Source of the DNA: Anthoceros angustus
Lineage: Eukaryota > Plantae > Anthocerotophyta
DNA length: 64,000 bases
Reading direction: 5' to 3'
Assembly (NCBI GenBank): GCA_010909165.1
Contig: MU008180.1
Coordinates: 619,884-683,883 of the forward strand
In this document: piece by piece, positions 1 to 12,122 of the stretch
Layout of the letters: the number at the start of each line of letters is the position of its first letter
How positions within the stretch are numbered: position 1 is the stretch's first letter
Translations under genes and position numbers: made by a program
Notes under the pieces: model-generated
The model's input: only the letters and a program-made list of their open reading frames with translations
What the model was told of the DNA's origin: nothing
Databases searched by the model: none

Positions 1-634
1 CTATGAAAACATAGGTCACAGTCTCTAAAACCATAGTGATTCTTGTTTTCAGGTTGACACTTTTGAAAGCACCTTTGAAAGAGAGACACGTTTGAAAGAA
101 AAGAGAGTGTCTGACCACTTTGGTGCATGACCGCTCTTGGTGAGGGCGCCAAAGCGGACATATGAGCATGTGTGATGAGGTAGCACATCCGTACTAGATT
201 CGTTAGTATATTCGTATAGATGTCTACATATTTTAGCATATTGTTCGAGTTGCCATGCATTTCCAATAGCATGATTTCCAACATGCTTGGCTTTCGGACT
301 CTACTGGTGATTTTAGGTCCTCGCATCATGGAGCCTAGCTCCTTCTTCTTCCCACAGTTTGTCCTATGCTGTGCTGGTATGAGCTGTTCCCTATTCCTTT
401 TCTATTAAATCTAAGCTTTCTCTTGTTTGATAGAGCACAATATTTTCTTAAATTCTATGGACTAAATTAAAATAGGTAAATAAGTTAAAGAAGATGTAAA
501 TTTACCCTTCCTTACAAGGAACGCAAAAAAGATTCACATTATACCTACCTATAATTAGTTGGAGGGGAATCCACTTTCCTTCCGCTGGTATGGGGGATGG
601 AAAGTTTTCCCCACCTCTGCATTTCTGATCGACG

Positions 635-3208
635 ATGGCTGTGATGCGAGCTCGAGTGCTGATCCTCTGTGCCCTACGTAAGTCCATCTTCACTGCAAAT
701 TGTACATTCGGCTTCTCTTTCGTGGCTCCACGTCTTGCGTTGCAGGTTCTTGTGTTGGGCCGGTCGAATTTTGCAGTGCTCAAAGTTCTTGGCTCTCGGC
801 GGATTGTTGCAGGATCTCGAGCCGTGCGTACAAATTGTTGGCACTGCCAAGTCCAGCCACTCGGGGCTCACCATTTGTATGTGGCACCTGAGGACCAAAG
901 CCAGTTGAAAGACCGGCAGAGTTCACCTGAAGGCCAGGTCGCGCAAGCTGGCGGGTCTGGCCGTGACAACCCTTCTTATGATAAAGAGCTTGTTAAGCAT
1001 GGCGCCAAGGATGCAAGCAAATGGGGAGAGCAGCTGGCGTGGATCACCAGCATTATGGAGCCTGTGCTGAAGCTTTATCGGCGCGCTTTGCCGCCAGGCA
1101 TGCCACCAACTTGTTTGCACCTGCTTGCATCCTACCATGTGGCACTCGTTTATGGTCTCTCCCGGTTGTCCTCGATAACAGGTCTTGTGGGCCAAAGGAG
1201 AGGCACATTCTTAAGTTGCTCAGCTTCAACTGCGTTCTTTCTATGATGTGCGGGTTTGTGATTCCAATTATGTGCTGGGTAGGTGCAATTGAAAGAAACA
1301 AGGGGCCAGCTAGTACAAGATCTCTTGTGGATATCGCCGCAAGCCTCCATAGGAGCTCTGCTGGCATGCAGAACTGGAGTCTTGCTGATCTTACGCTGGG
1401 CCTGTACCTACTTTCTGTGCGTCATGACACAGAGACGGTGGCTGACACCATACCTGGTGTCGAAGTGACATCAGATCTCGTGGTAATGACCACTTTCGAG
1501 AAGACAGGAAACATGCCTAGCCATACCTTCTTGGTGCATCATGCACGAGTTGTCCTCTGCTGATATGTTGTCCCAAATCGCTGTTGCATGGTTTGCATGG
1601 CTATGGTCCGTTGTAGCTGTGCCTGCTGTATGCCTTGGAACAGCAAAAGCTTCAGATGGCCTTCTCAACTCTGTGGATCATGTTGGTACAGGTCCTGGAG
1701 TGCATCTATCATGTTGAACTGGCCAAGGGAGCCTATGCCAAAAATGTCGCTGGGCTTGCTCGGTCCTGCATGCTCCGTGAATGCAACGTTGTCAAGTTTG
1801 TGGGAGAAGCCAGTGTTATGCGGCCTGCATACTACATTGGTCTTGATACCCGGCACAAGCTAGTAGTTATGGGCATCCGAGGGACACATTCAGTCCACGA
1901 TGTCATCACGGATCTGGCTTCTCATGGTGACCACTCGGCGACCTTTGAAGGGGGAAGTGTGCATTATGGCAGTGCAGAGGCCGCACGCTGGTTCCTGCAA
2001 CATGAGACTACAACTTTGAAGAGATGTGTGAAAGAAAACAAGGTGTGAGTTTTCTTTGGATTTGCATTACCCCTTGGCTTCCAAGAGCAGCTCATCTCCG
2101 TGTAATCGTGGATATTTGTCCACTTTCGGTTCTGGAACAGGGTTATCGGTTGCGGATAGTTGGTCATTCACTGGGAGGTGCCACAGCCGCACTCTTGGCT
2201 TTGATGCTTCGCAAACAGGATGCTGAGGAATTAGGGTTTTGCCCGGAAATAGTATCTGCAGTTACTGTTGCAGCCCCTCCCTGCGTTTCGAAAGCTCTAG
2301 CAGTTGAGACAGAGGAGTACATCACCGCAATTGTGCTACAGGTACAGCTGCTGCAGCAACATATTTTATGCTCCGCAAAATTGGAGCATGAGTTTAATGG
2401 ACTTTGTTGTGAAGAGGCTGAAACAGTTGTTTGAGCACAGGATGATGTTGTCCCTAGGATGAGTGCCTCCTCCCTGGTGCGCCTGCGCAATGAGATTCTA
2501 CAGCTTGACTGGTACAATCCTTAGAGCTGCATTTCGTTTATCATAATGAATCTGTGAAGGACCCAACCTGTGAGCAGGCTTATCTACTTCTTATCAAATG
2601 CCTTCTGAGCAGTTGCTTCCTGTGTTGCAGGGCCAGTGTTGTAAGGGACGGAGATGCCAGATTATCAGGTTTAATGGATCTAGTTGCAGGGACAATGCAA
2701 GCTGTTTCCTCGGTCCAGGATGTGGCGAGAAGATATGCTGCCTATGCAAAACTATCAAGCATCTATGGTACGGTGCTGTTTTCCACATGAGCCGGAAGTC
2801 CATGCTGCACCCTCTGCTGGCTAAGACTTGGATGGCCTGGCTGTAGGTATTGAGGAACAGAAGGACAGTGGTAAATCTGCTCCCAGCCAAAGCGAGAGTC
2901 TCGCCACGGAGGCAGCAGCCAAGTCTTCTGTTGTCCTAGCTTCTACCCCCGCCAGCGTTCAAGGATATCAGGAACTTGTGTGCCCAGGAAAATTATACCA
3001 CATCAGATCGAAGCCTGGCAGTGTTGATAGCAGGGTCGATTGCCCGAAGGATGGGTTCGTGTTGTTGGAAGGACGACCGGGGTCCAACTTCGGTCGGATA
3101 GTTCTGACAGGCTCGTTGCTCGCTGATCATAAATGTGACAGCCATTACTATGCCCTGAGGGACGTCTTAAAAGGATTAGAGATTCCCGGTCGTACCCAGT
3201 CACGGTAG
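635..3208 (+). CDS. Class-3 lipase / alpha-beta hydrolase, multi-exon
   Basis: Spliced ORFs 635, 1021, 1635, 2024, 2554 and 2828 give WSLADLTLGLYL, VVMGIRGT, the nucleophile motif IVGHSLGG (~2160), AAPPCVS and a C-terminal DHKCDSHYYALRDVLKGL. A strong GTAAGT donor lies at ~679. The 5' exon structure is partly uncertain. Confidence 0.9.
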
Positions 3209-3830
3209 CTTTTGGCTTGATTGACCGAATTCCCTCTGCAGGTTACAGGCAAGATGCACGTGATATCTGACGGATTTATGTAATACCCATGGAAGCCACA
3301 TGACGTCAATCATATACAATGAGGACATCGAATCTCCCGCGACAGCGTCCAGTGGCCACCGTGTCCTTTGGTGTCCAACACGTACATATTCAATCACAAA
3401 CTTGTATACAATAAGTTCAGTTTGGCCTTAACCTACAATATGATCAGTGGAGTTCACGTGGGTCGTGGAGCCCGGGCTGTTCCATCATATCCTGCTGCTG
3501 GTCGAACTTCGAGGTCTCGCCAAGTCCACAGAGCCACAGAGCAGCGGCTCTCCAGACTGAGAGCTGGGCGCGCTTCAGTTTCACTTGGCTGAACGTTGGG
3601 ACTTCATCAGGATACCGGTGTTGTCCTGTTCCCGTGGATCATCGACATGGAGACTCAGGACCTTGCAAGGGCCTCCCCAGGCAGCAGCTTGCGGCCTGCA
3701 GCTGGGTCCAAGTCCCGGTTGCGCTTGCCCTGCAGCTGTGGCTGCGGCTGCAGGGCCGCCTGTCTGGCCCGGGCCCAGAGCTTGTGGTAACAAGCTTTGC
3801 AAGCTCTCTAAGCTGGTGGGCAATATCATA

Positions 3831-5725
3831 ATGGGCACTAGTACTTCACCCAAGGCTCCGTCCAGCCTCCAGCAGCGTGCACGGCCCTTCCTCTTTTATG
3901 TTGTCATACTGGCTGGCGCTGTAATCTGTTTGATGGTAGTGGTGCAGCGGAGCTGCGCTCTCCAAAGACTTGTGCTGGCCGCGTCGGGTGATGCAATCTC
4001 TGGTGATCAGATTCAGTGCGTTCTTCATTTGTGCCTTGTTTTTTGCCCTGCTGGTTGAATCCGGGGCCTGTTGCTCGGGGACTTACACGGGGAAGCTTGG
4101 CAACGTGCGGGCAGGTGTGGCTTCTTCTCTCAGACTGGAGACGCTGGAAAGCGTGCTGCTCACAGGCCTGGCACTGACAGCCATGTCGACAGCGATAGGA
4201 GTCAGCCGTTTGGCCCCCGCTACACGTATTCGGATTTGCTGTGGCAGCGGGTGAACAGGATTGTGATCCGGGCTGAGGACCGGGAGGAGCTCTCGGCAGC
4301 CAGCCCGCACTTCGACTTCGCGGACGAGAGGCTGCGGCTGGTGACCAAGCTGGTGAAGTACTACTTGGAGCCATGGAAGGCCGTGGCGGGGGTGACATGG
4401 GGCTTTGGGGCGCCTCGGAAGGCCTGGAAGGTGGCCAAGGTGAGGGAAGCTGCTGTCACCTCCAACATCATGTCCTGCTGCTTGCATGTGCGGGTGGTGG
4501 ATGGAGTTGTCTACTTCAGGTACGGGCAGGTGGTGAGCCTGCTCTGGCGGCTCGGCCGGGCCAACGACTTCATCGTCTTCCTGCAGCTCACTGTGGACAA
4601 GTATGAGCTGAAAGGCTTGAGGGTGGAGTTCTTCTTCAACACCTGTGACCACCCGTTGGGAATCCGCACAATGTTCTCCACCACCACCGAGATTTCCAAC
4701 AGGGCCAATTACCTCGTTCTCAGTAACCATCTGACGGATATCAATACGGATGTGCTGGTGCCGGACTTCCTTGACTGGGGCGACTCTTACATGCCCACGG
4801 AGACGGAGCTTGCAAGCTCCCGCCACAGAAGATGGCAGGACATGATGTCCAAGCTGGTGTTCAGGGGCGCCACCACCAACTTCAACCTGGAATTCGGCAA
4901 TTGGGGCAGCAGCGCGCGGGTGAAGCTTCACAGAATGACTGACGCTTTCCCCAACCTTCTGGATGCTCGCATTTCGAGATGGAGCCACACCACTCCCGGC
5001 AGTGTGGCCCAGTTGAGGCGCGACTCAATCGACCTTGCTCCTCGCCTCAACTTCACGCAGAAGAACGCCTTCAAGTACGAGCTTGTCATCGACGGAGGTT
5101 TGGGGACCACCCGGTTGTGTGGGGTCCTGGCCACCGACAGGGTTCTTGTCCGCCAGAGCTCCCCCTTCTTCCAATTCTTCGACCCGCTGCTCAAACGGGG
5201 TCGCCATTTTGTGGAAGTGAAGCACAAGTGAGTAGGGTCACGCTCATGTCAATTTCTCCTCCCATCCCTCCTGGCCTCGCCAGACATCGATTTATCTCAC
5301 CACGGGTGTCTCCTTTCCACAGCCTGCAGGACCTGGTACAAGCTATTGAGTACATGCAGCAACATGACACAGAGATGCAGCAGATGGTGAAGAATGCACG
5401 GGAGGAGGTAGGCTGGATCTGTACCCCAGAAGGCCGGATGCTGGCATTCGCGGTGGTGTTGGTCAAGTACCATAGTCTCCTGCCGGATGCACATTTGGTG
5501 GAAAAGCCCAAGGCCGAGCATATGTGTCCGTGGGGGGCCCCACGGAACATGTCCCTGTATACCAGGAATGACGATCCTGACTGCATGGACATGGAAGAGA
5601 AACCGATTCTTCAGCAACCCGGATGTCCCACTGTCTGCTCTTACTGTGGTCTGCGGGAGAAGGATTGGTACTGGCTTTCCTCCAGGGATCTCGATGGCTG
5701 GGCTGCCTGGAATGTTTCCTATTAA
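3831..5725 (+). CDS. Glycosyltransferase family 90 / CAP10-domain type II membrane protein
   Basis: ATG at 3831 is followed by a hydrophobic anchor (FLFYVVILAGAVICLMVVV). A phase-compatible intron 4016-4114 joins ORF 4071-5231, which has VEFFFNTCDHP, KLVFRGATT and FKYELVIDGG, typical of CAP10/GT90. The last exon ends at 5725. Confidence 0.75.
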
Positions 5726-5899
5726 CAGCTTCTTCCTTGATTACCACAACGAAGAACGTAGGGTTTGAGCATAAAAGATGAAGGTGGTTGTCACCTTGTC
5801 GCTGGCCCGCACCCGCCACTTCTTCCTGTTGTGTGCTTGAATGGGCATACGCGTGCATGGCTGCTAATGTGTCAACACATCTTGAATTTTTTTAAGAGG

Positions 5900-5944
5900 G
5901 AAGAAGAAGATAAGAAGAGTAAAAAATTATTTAAGTCCACTAAG
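5900..5944 (-). mobile_element. 3' end of SINE-like repeat, left part of the copy split by the LTR element
   Basis: GAAGAAGAAG...TTATTTAAGTCCACTAAG matches the tail end of the copies at 16927-17218 and 58864-59049. Confidence 0.85.
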
Positions 5945-6533
5945 AGTAACGGTATTGATGAAATAAGGTAGAAAGGTGAAAAGTTGAAAAAGGTAAAAAA
6001 CTAAGTTAGTAGCTGCCCTGTTAAGAAATGCATGTGTTGCATGCTTCATGCAATCTCTTGTTAGAGAGGAATTGCTACAGCCATAAATGAAGAGCTACCT
6101 AGAGAGGACTCTTAGTGATTAGTGGTCCGTAAGAATCCCTAGATTTAACAGCTGCCTAGTTAAGGTCAGGCTGCGGGATATATAAGGGCTAGAGCAAGGG
6201 CTTTGAGGAACAAGTGGGACTCACTCTTGAGAGAGCAGCAAAGCCTGCAAGCCTTGTGTTGAGAGAGGCTGTGGAGAGCTAGCTAGTGAGCTTGTCATGG
6301 AATCAAGGCGTGAGCTGGGCCATGAGATAGCCGATTCCATCGTTGTATTCTTGTAATAAAGAGCAAGACCTCGAGGAGGTGGCCCGCGAGTCGTCGATGG
6401 CGGGCTACTTGGAGCCTAGTGTGTGTGAGGTTGAGAGCTTGAGAATCGTGCAAGTCTCTTGTGGAGTGAATTGGCGAGGTCCTAGACTGGGAAGCCAAGA
6501 CTTGTCGCCTTCTTCAGGGTGAGGGGTGTTACT
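5945..6533 (+). repeat. 5' LTR (589 bp), AGTAAC...GTTACT
   Basis: Direct repeat of 11083-11661, followed after a 4-nt spacer by the PBS. Confidence 0.93.
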
Positions 6534-6537
6534 TGAG

Positions 6538-6549
6538 TGGTATCAGAGC
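6538..6549 (+). promoter_or_regulatory. Primer binding site, tRNA-iMet type (TGGTATCAGAGC)
   Basis: Exact canonical plant iMet PBS, 4 nt downstream of the 5' LTR. Confidence 0.92.
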
Positions 6550-6589
6550 GTAGTCCATTCCTCCGAGTGACTAGAGAGTGCACAAGATG

Positions 6590-7700
6590 GTCAATGAGAA
6601 GCGTAAGGAGAGGTCAAGAAGCAGCCTCCGATCATCCGCCTCAACCGCTCAAGATTCATCATCGTCAGAACAAGAGGAAGTGAGAGCGCTGCCTGAGAGC
6701 ACAGCAGGCCCATCTGGAGAGAAGTCAGAGGACTGGAAGAAACGGATGGTGGAAGTACTTTATCAAGTTCTTCCAGGTGTCTTGGACGATGTAATGACTT
6801 CAAGGAAGAAGACAAAGCAGAATCCAGAGCCCACAGCTCAATAAGGCGAAGATGCGAAAGAACAACAAGAAATCTTCCTGACCAAGCAGCATCTTCAAAG
6901 TGGCTCCAAAATCGAGCATGAAGCTAGCCCTACCGATAAGTATGAGGGAGAAAGAGATGCAAGTCATTGATTCTTGGATCTATTCTATTGAGACTTATCT
7001 CGCCTCATCTGGTGTTGAGCCGGAGTACTACTTAGGTACTATTGGCAATTTCTTAAAGGGCTATGCTTTGGTCTGGTGGCGGAGTTATGGTGCTAATGTT
7101 GCCTAGGGTAACCGAGCACATACCATCACAGACTGGGCATCCTTCAAAGAAGCCCTCAAGAAGCAGTTCCAACCTGCGAATGCTTCGCGTCTAAGTAGAC
7201 AGCAGCTTGACAATATCAAGCAAACAGGTTCTTGTCGAGATTATGTAAGTACCTTCAGTGAAGCTGTCATGCACTGCACTACCATGAGTGAAGATGACAA
7301 ACTGCATCGCTTCATGGTTGGTTTGAAGGATTGGGCTGCTAACAGAATTGAGTTGCGTAGTCCAACTACATTGGCAGAGGCCATTACAGCAGCAGATGCC
7401 ATAGATACTTTCCATCCTAGTACATCCAACTCCTCCAGAAGATTTCGAGGCAGTACGCGTGGTCGGTATGCCCAAGCTAGAGGAAGCTCTAGTAGTGCCA
7501 GAGGAGCGCTAAGGACATGGAATGGAATTGCAAGAGGCAATTCAAGAGGAAATTTCATGAAGAAATCGAGGAGCGCAGAGGCGCGGAGCTCGAGAACAAC
7601 AAGTATGGGTTCTCGAAAAGGAGTATGCTACTCATGTGGAGAGCCGGACATTATGCAAATGAATGCCCGAATGGGACTCAACGAAAGTAAGGAGATCCAT
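6590..7700 (+). pseudogene. gag: gag of the gypsy element (disrupted as assembled)
   Basis: Fragments DSWIYSIETYL, FLKGYALVWW, DKLHRFMVGLKDW, PTTLAEAITAA, and a CYSCGEPxHYANECP zinc knuckle broken by a 1-nt deletion. Confidence 0.8.
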
Positions 7701-7779
7701 GACCAAGACTCGTGGATTACGAGTGGCGGATCCGAGGATCCCAAATGACGGATCGGCCACATGCAAGGCGCATGTGGTG

Positions 7780-10700
7780 AGTCTCGAGTGCCGAGGACAA
7801 GCACTATTCGGAGGGCGGGTGGAGAGCTCATGTACATACATGGATGTATAAATGGAGCGAGCGAGGATGTTGCTTGACTTAGCGAACACATAATTTCATT
7901 TCTCCTAGCAAGGCAAGCAAGCTTGGTTTGACATGGGCTAGTACATCCGAGCCATGTAGAGTGAAACAAGCTAAAGGAATGCCGCAACACAAAGGTGAAT
8001 TGCAAGAAGTGCTGAGATAGGGAATTGGAATGGAGCGTGAGCTTCAGTTGTAGATATGGATGATCATGAAATCATCTTGGGCTTAGAATGGATGAAGGCC
8101 AACAAGGTATGTGTGAACGTGGACTCACGCACCATAGATCTTAGGAGATGAAGAGCACAAAGTGAGTTGTGGTTCTCAAGCGAGGCTTGGAGACAACATT
8201 GATGATATCATCTCTAAGAAAGAGCTCAAATGTTGTGTAAAGGATGGAGAGGAACTCTTTTACTTGTCTGCAAGGACTAGAAGATGGTCTTGAGATGGAG
8301 TCTCGAGCGCCAAGATTCCAAGGAAGTGCAGCCGCCTTGAATGAGTTCAAGGACTTGATGCCCGATGAGTTGCCTCCTTTACCTCCTAGAAGAATTGTAG
8401 ATCATGAGATTGATCTCAAGCCGTGAAGTACACCGCCTTCAAGAGCGCCATATAGATTATCGCAGGATGAGCTACAAGAGTCAAGAGAAACAAGAGAGAA
8501 TCTCAAAGTCCCCGCTAGCCGCAAGAAGAATGGAGGATTGAGATTATGCTTGGATTACGAGCACTCAATCGATAATGTTGAAGAATTCTTATCCTTTGCC
8601 AAGGATGGATGACTTGTTTGATTGAGAGGTGCTAAGTATTTCACCAAGTCGGATCTAATGGCGTGCTATTACCGATTCGATCGCAGAAGGACATGAATAC
8701 AAGACCGCTTGTAGAACAAGGTATGGATCTTTTGAGTTCCTTGTCATGCCATTTGGACTCACTAATGCACCACGCTTCGACTCTCATGAATACTATATTC
8801 AGATCGATGGATGAGTGTGTTGTGATATACTTGGATGACATCATGATATACGTTCTACCTTGAAGAGCATGTCCAACACTTGAGGAAAGTGTTAGAAAGG
8901 TTAAGAGCAAATTCTTTGTTCTTAGCTATAACAAAGTGTGACTTTGTTAAGGAAGAGATAGACTTCCTAGGATTCATTGTCTCTGCGGATGGTATCGGGA
9001 TGGATCCCGATAAGGTAAAGGTTATATGAGTTGGCTGCCGCCAACGAATGTGCACGAGGTGCGTATGTTTTGGGATTGGCTAGCGTGTACAGAAGATTTG
9101 TACCGATGTTTGCCAAGATTGCTGCCCCATTAACTGATCTCTTGAAGAAGGCGAAGGCTTGGAAGTGGGATGATGAATGTCAGAGGGCATTCGAGTTTCT
9201 GAAGTTGAAACTCAGCACTACCCCAGTATTGGCAATCTATGATCCAAAGAAGGATATAGAAGTATATAATCGCGCCGATATTGCAATTGGTGGAGTGCTC
9301 ATGCAAGAAGGTAGGCGTCTTACGAATCAAGGAAGTTGCATGAACATGAAAGGAAGTACCCCACTTATGAAAAGGAGATGACTGCTGTCATCAATTGTCT
9401 CAAGATTTGGAGACATTATCTTCTAGGAAGATCTTTTTGTGCGTATACGATAATGTAAGCACGAGCTTCTTTACAAATCAGCGACTAAGCGCAAGACAGC
9501 TAGATGGCAAGATTTCCTAGCAATGTATGATGTGTCTATCAAGTACAAGCCAGGGAAGGAGAATCTCGTGGCAGATGCTTTGAGTCGCAAGCAGAGTTTA
9601 AGTTTGATAACCTACGCTTTGAGGCCTAAGCTAAATACGATGGTGATTGAGCCAAGGGACACTCACACGCAGATCAAGGAAGCTTATCTGCGAGATCCAT
9701 TAGTACAGGATTGGATCAATGAAGTGGAGCAACCGGGATCTAAGTTTAAGCTTAGAAATGGCTTGTTGATGTTCAAGCAAAACAGGATTGTGATTCCTGA
9801 TTCTCATGTGTTGAGAAGGAAGTTGCTTGCAGAGTGTCATGATGTGCCAAGTGCAGGTCATAGAGGAATTGACCCAACTTATGAGAAGTTGAGAAAGCTG
9901 TTTTACTGGCCTGGAATGTACAAGCATACTGTTGAGTATGTTAAGTCTTGTGTAGACTGCCAGGATAAGGTGGAGCAGACAAATCCGCGAGGTTTGTTGC
10001 AACCCCTGCCTATTCCAAGTGGGCCTTGGAAAAGTATATCAATGGATTTCATTATGCCATTGCCAGCTAGTAATGGACACACAGCTATCATGACACTAGT
10101 TGATAGATTCAGCAAGCAAGCACACTTCATCCCTACGAAGAAGCGAGTGAAAGCTTTTGAAGTTGCTCAGTTGTTCAAGAAGCATGTATATGTGTTACAT
10201 GGACTACCTATGCAGATTGTGAGTGACAGAGATCCCAGATTTATTGCAGAGTTTTGGCAACAGCTTATGAAGAGCTTAGGAGTGCAATTGTGTTTGAGCA
10301 CAACATATAACCCTGATACAGATGGATCAACAGAGAGGGTGAACAGAATCCAAGAAGAATACTTACGACACTATGTACAGATGGACCAGCGAGACTGGAG
10401 TAATCATCTTGAGGATGCAGAATTTTGTTATAATAACACTGTACATAGCTCCACAGGCTACACACCTTTTCGATGATGTAACGAAGCAATGGACGTAGTT
10501 TCCATGTTGAATGCTAGCGTGTTGAGACACAAAGAGAACCACGTGAATTCATTGAGCGCTTAAGGGCTGCATGAAGTTGCTAAGAAGATATTGGCCAAGG
10601 CTCAGGACAGGCAAAAGAAGTTTGGCCGACAGTGGTGCAAGAGTTAGTTCAAGTAGGAGACAAGGTGTGGGTGAAATTGAAGAATTTCCCACTACCACAA

Positions 10701-11082
10701 GGGCTGACCTCAAAGTTAAGGCCTAAGTATGGAGGACCTTTCGTAGTTCAAGCGCATTGGAAATGTGGCTTACAAACTATGCTCGAATGGATCTTCTCTC
10801 ATAATGTGTTTCATGTCTCTTCAGAAACCATTTGTGATTTCGAAAGAGAATGAAGATATGAACAGGAAGGATTATGTCATCCTGGTTCAACACAATCATG
10901 GTCTGCGGGAGATTGTTGAATTCTGGCGAGAGAGAAGAAGTCCGTGGTAATGTACCGAGTATCCGTAAGGCTTCGTGGTTATGATCCCGTCTGGTTTCAC
11001 TTGAAGATGTGCAACAAGGATCATGGATGATCTCACATAATCGGAGGTCATTGAGGACAATGACATCTTCCGATGGGGAGAG
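7780..11082 (+). pseudogene. pol: pol (PR-RT-RH-INT-chromodomain) of the gypsy element, many small deletions
   Basis: PDELPPLPPRRIVDHEIDL, PLPRMDDLFD, VIYLDDIMIY, YRRFVPMFAKIAAPLTDLLKK, IKYKPGKENLVADALSRK, and the integrase core in ORF 9523-10476. Confidence 0.9.
11075..11082 (+). promoter_or_regulatory. Polypurine tract (GGGGAGAG)
   Basis: Abuts the first base (AGTAAC) of the 3' LTR. Confidence 0.8.
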
Positions 11083-11661
11083 AGTAACGGCAGGTGAAAC
11101 AAGGTAGAAAGGTGAAAAGTTGAAAAGGTAAAAGCTAAGTTAGTAGCCTGTTAAGAAGATGCATGTGTTGCATGCTTCATGCAATCTCTTGTTAGAGAGG
11201 AATTGCTACATGCCACAAATGAAGAGCTGCCTAGAGAGGACTCTTAGTGATTAGTGGTCCGTAAGAATCCCTAGATTTAATTTGCCTAGTTAAGGTCAGT
11301 CAGGATATATAAGGGCTAGAGCAAGGGCTTTGAGGAACAAGTGGGACTCACTCTTGAGAGAGCAGGCAAGTGTGCGCTGCAAGCCTTGTGTTGAGAGAGC
11401 TGGAGAGCTAGCTAGTGAGCTTGTCATGGAATCAAGGTGTGAGCCGCCAGCGATTCCATCGGGCAATAAAGAGCAAGACCGAGGAGGTGGCCCGCGAGTC
11501 GCCGCTGACGGCGGCTACTTGGAGCCCAGTGTGGTTGTGAGGTTGAGAGCGCTGAGAATCGTGCAAGTCTCTTGTGGAGTGAATTAGCGAGGGAGGTCCT
11601 AGACCGCTGGGAAGCCAGCACTTGTCGCTTCCTTATTAGCTGCGTAGTGAGGGGTGTTACT
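11083..11661 (+). repeat. 3' LTR (579 bp), AGTAAC...GTTACT
   Basis: Direct repeat of the 5' LTR, followed by the CTAAG TSD. Confidence 0.93.
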
Positions 11662-11846
11662 CTAAGGACGGATTTCCGTCATGGGACTTGGTACTTAACA
11701 ACTTGTACCATGGTGTGCCTAAGCTACTTGCACCAAGGGCATCCACTCCCTTTAAGCACCCCATCTAAGTATCAATCTAAGCTCAGATGCTTAATCACTA
11801 CGTTCCTATAAATGTGTGTCCATTTGGCCTAAGCCATTTGGATACC
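11662..11846 (-). mobile_element. Remainder of the SINE-like copy split by the LTR element
   Basis: CTAAGGACGGATTTCCGTCATGGGACTTGGTAC...ATGTGTGTCCATTTGGCCTAAGCCATTTGG is collinear with the other copies. Confidence 0.88.
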
Positions 11847-12122
11847 TTTCAAAGATACCCACAAAAAAATTCAAGATGTATTTTTCTTTTCCTTTCCTAC
11901 ATGTATTGCTAATACATAAATCTATCATGAATGTCCTCTTATCCACGAGATACATGTCCTATCATCCCTTTTTTAATATATAATACAAACAAGCTTTTTA
12001 TTGATGAGACAAAAGAGAAACTCATCCTTGCAAGTGTCGAATTTATGTATACGCTGTTCACAAGGTATGCTGGCTATGTACATACAGTACAATGAATCAC
12101 ACAGAAAGGTAACCGTGGTTGC

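Larger units (their letters stand above)
5945..11661 (+). mobile_element. Full-length Ty3/gypsy chromovirus LTR retrotransposon with non-canonical AG...CT termini; coding region frameshifted as assembled
   Basis: Two LTRs (5945-6533, 11083-11661), a CTAAG TSD (5940-5944, 11662-11666), PBS and PPT. Domain order is gag with zinc knuckle, protease, RT (YLDDI), RNase H, integrase (ORF 9523-10476: HDVPSAGHRG, ISMDFI, IVSDRDPRF), then a chromodomain-like remnant (VRLRGYDP...LEDV). Confidence 0.95.

Noticed and set aside
1-480. Possible TE relic (short minus-strand open stretches)
   Set aside because: No recognisable domain motif or termini within the window.
4083-4988. 301-aa minus-strand ORF, and similar long antisense ORFs over the MADS, CK, GK, SDR, PPR, VIP3 and PR1 genes
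   Set aside because: Shadow ORFs of GC-rich sense genes, with no independent motifs.
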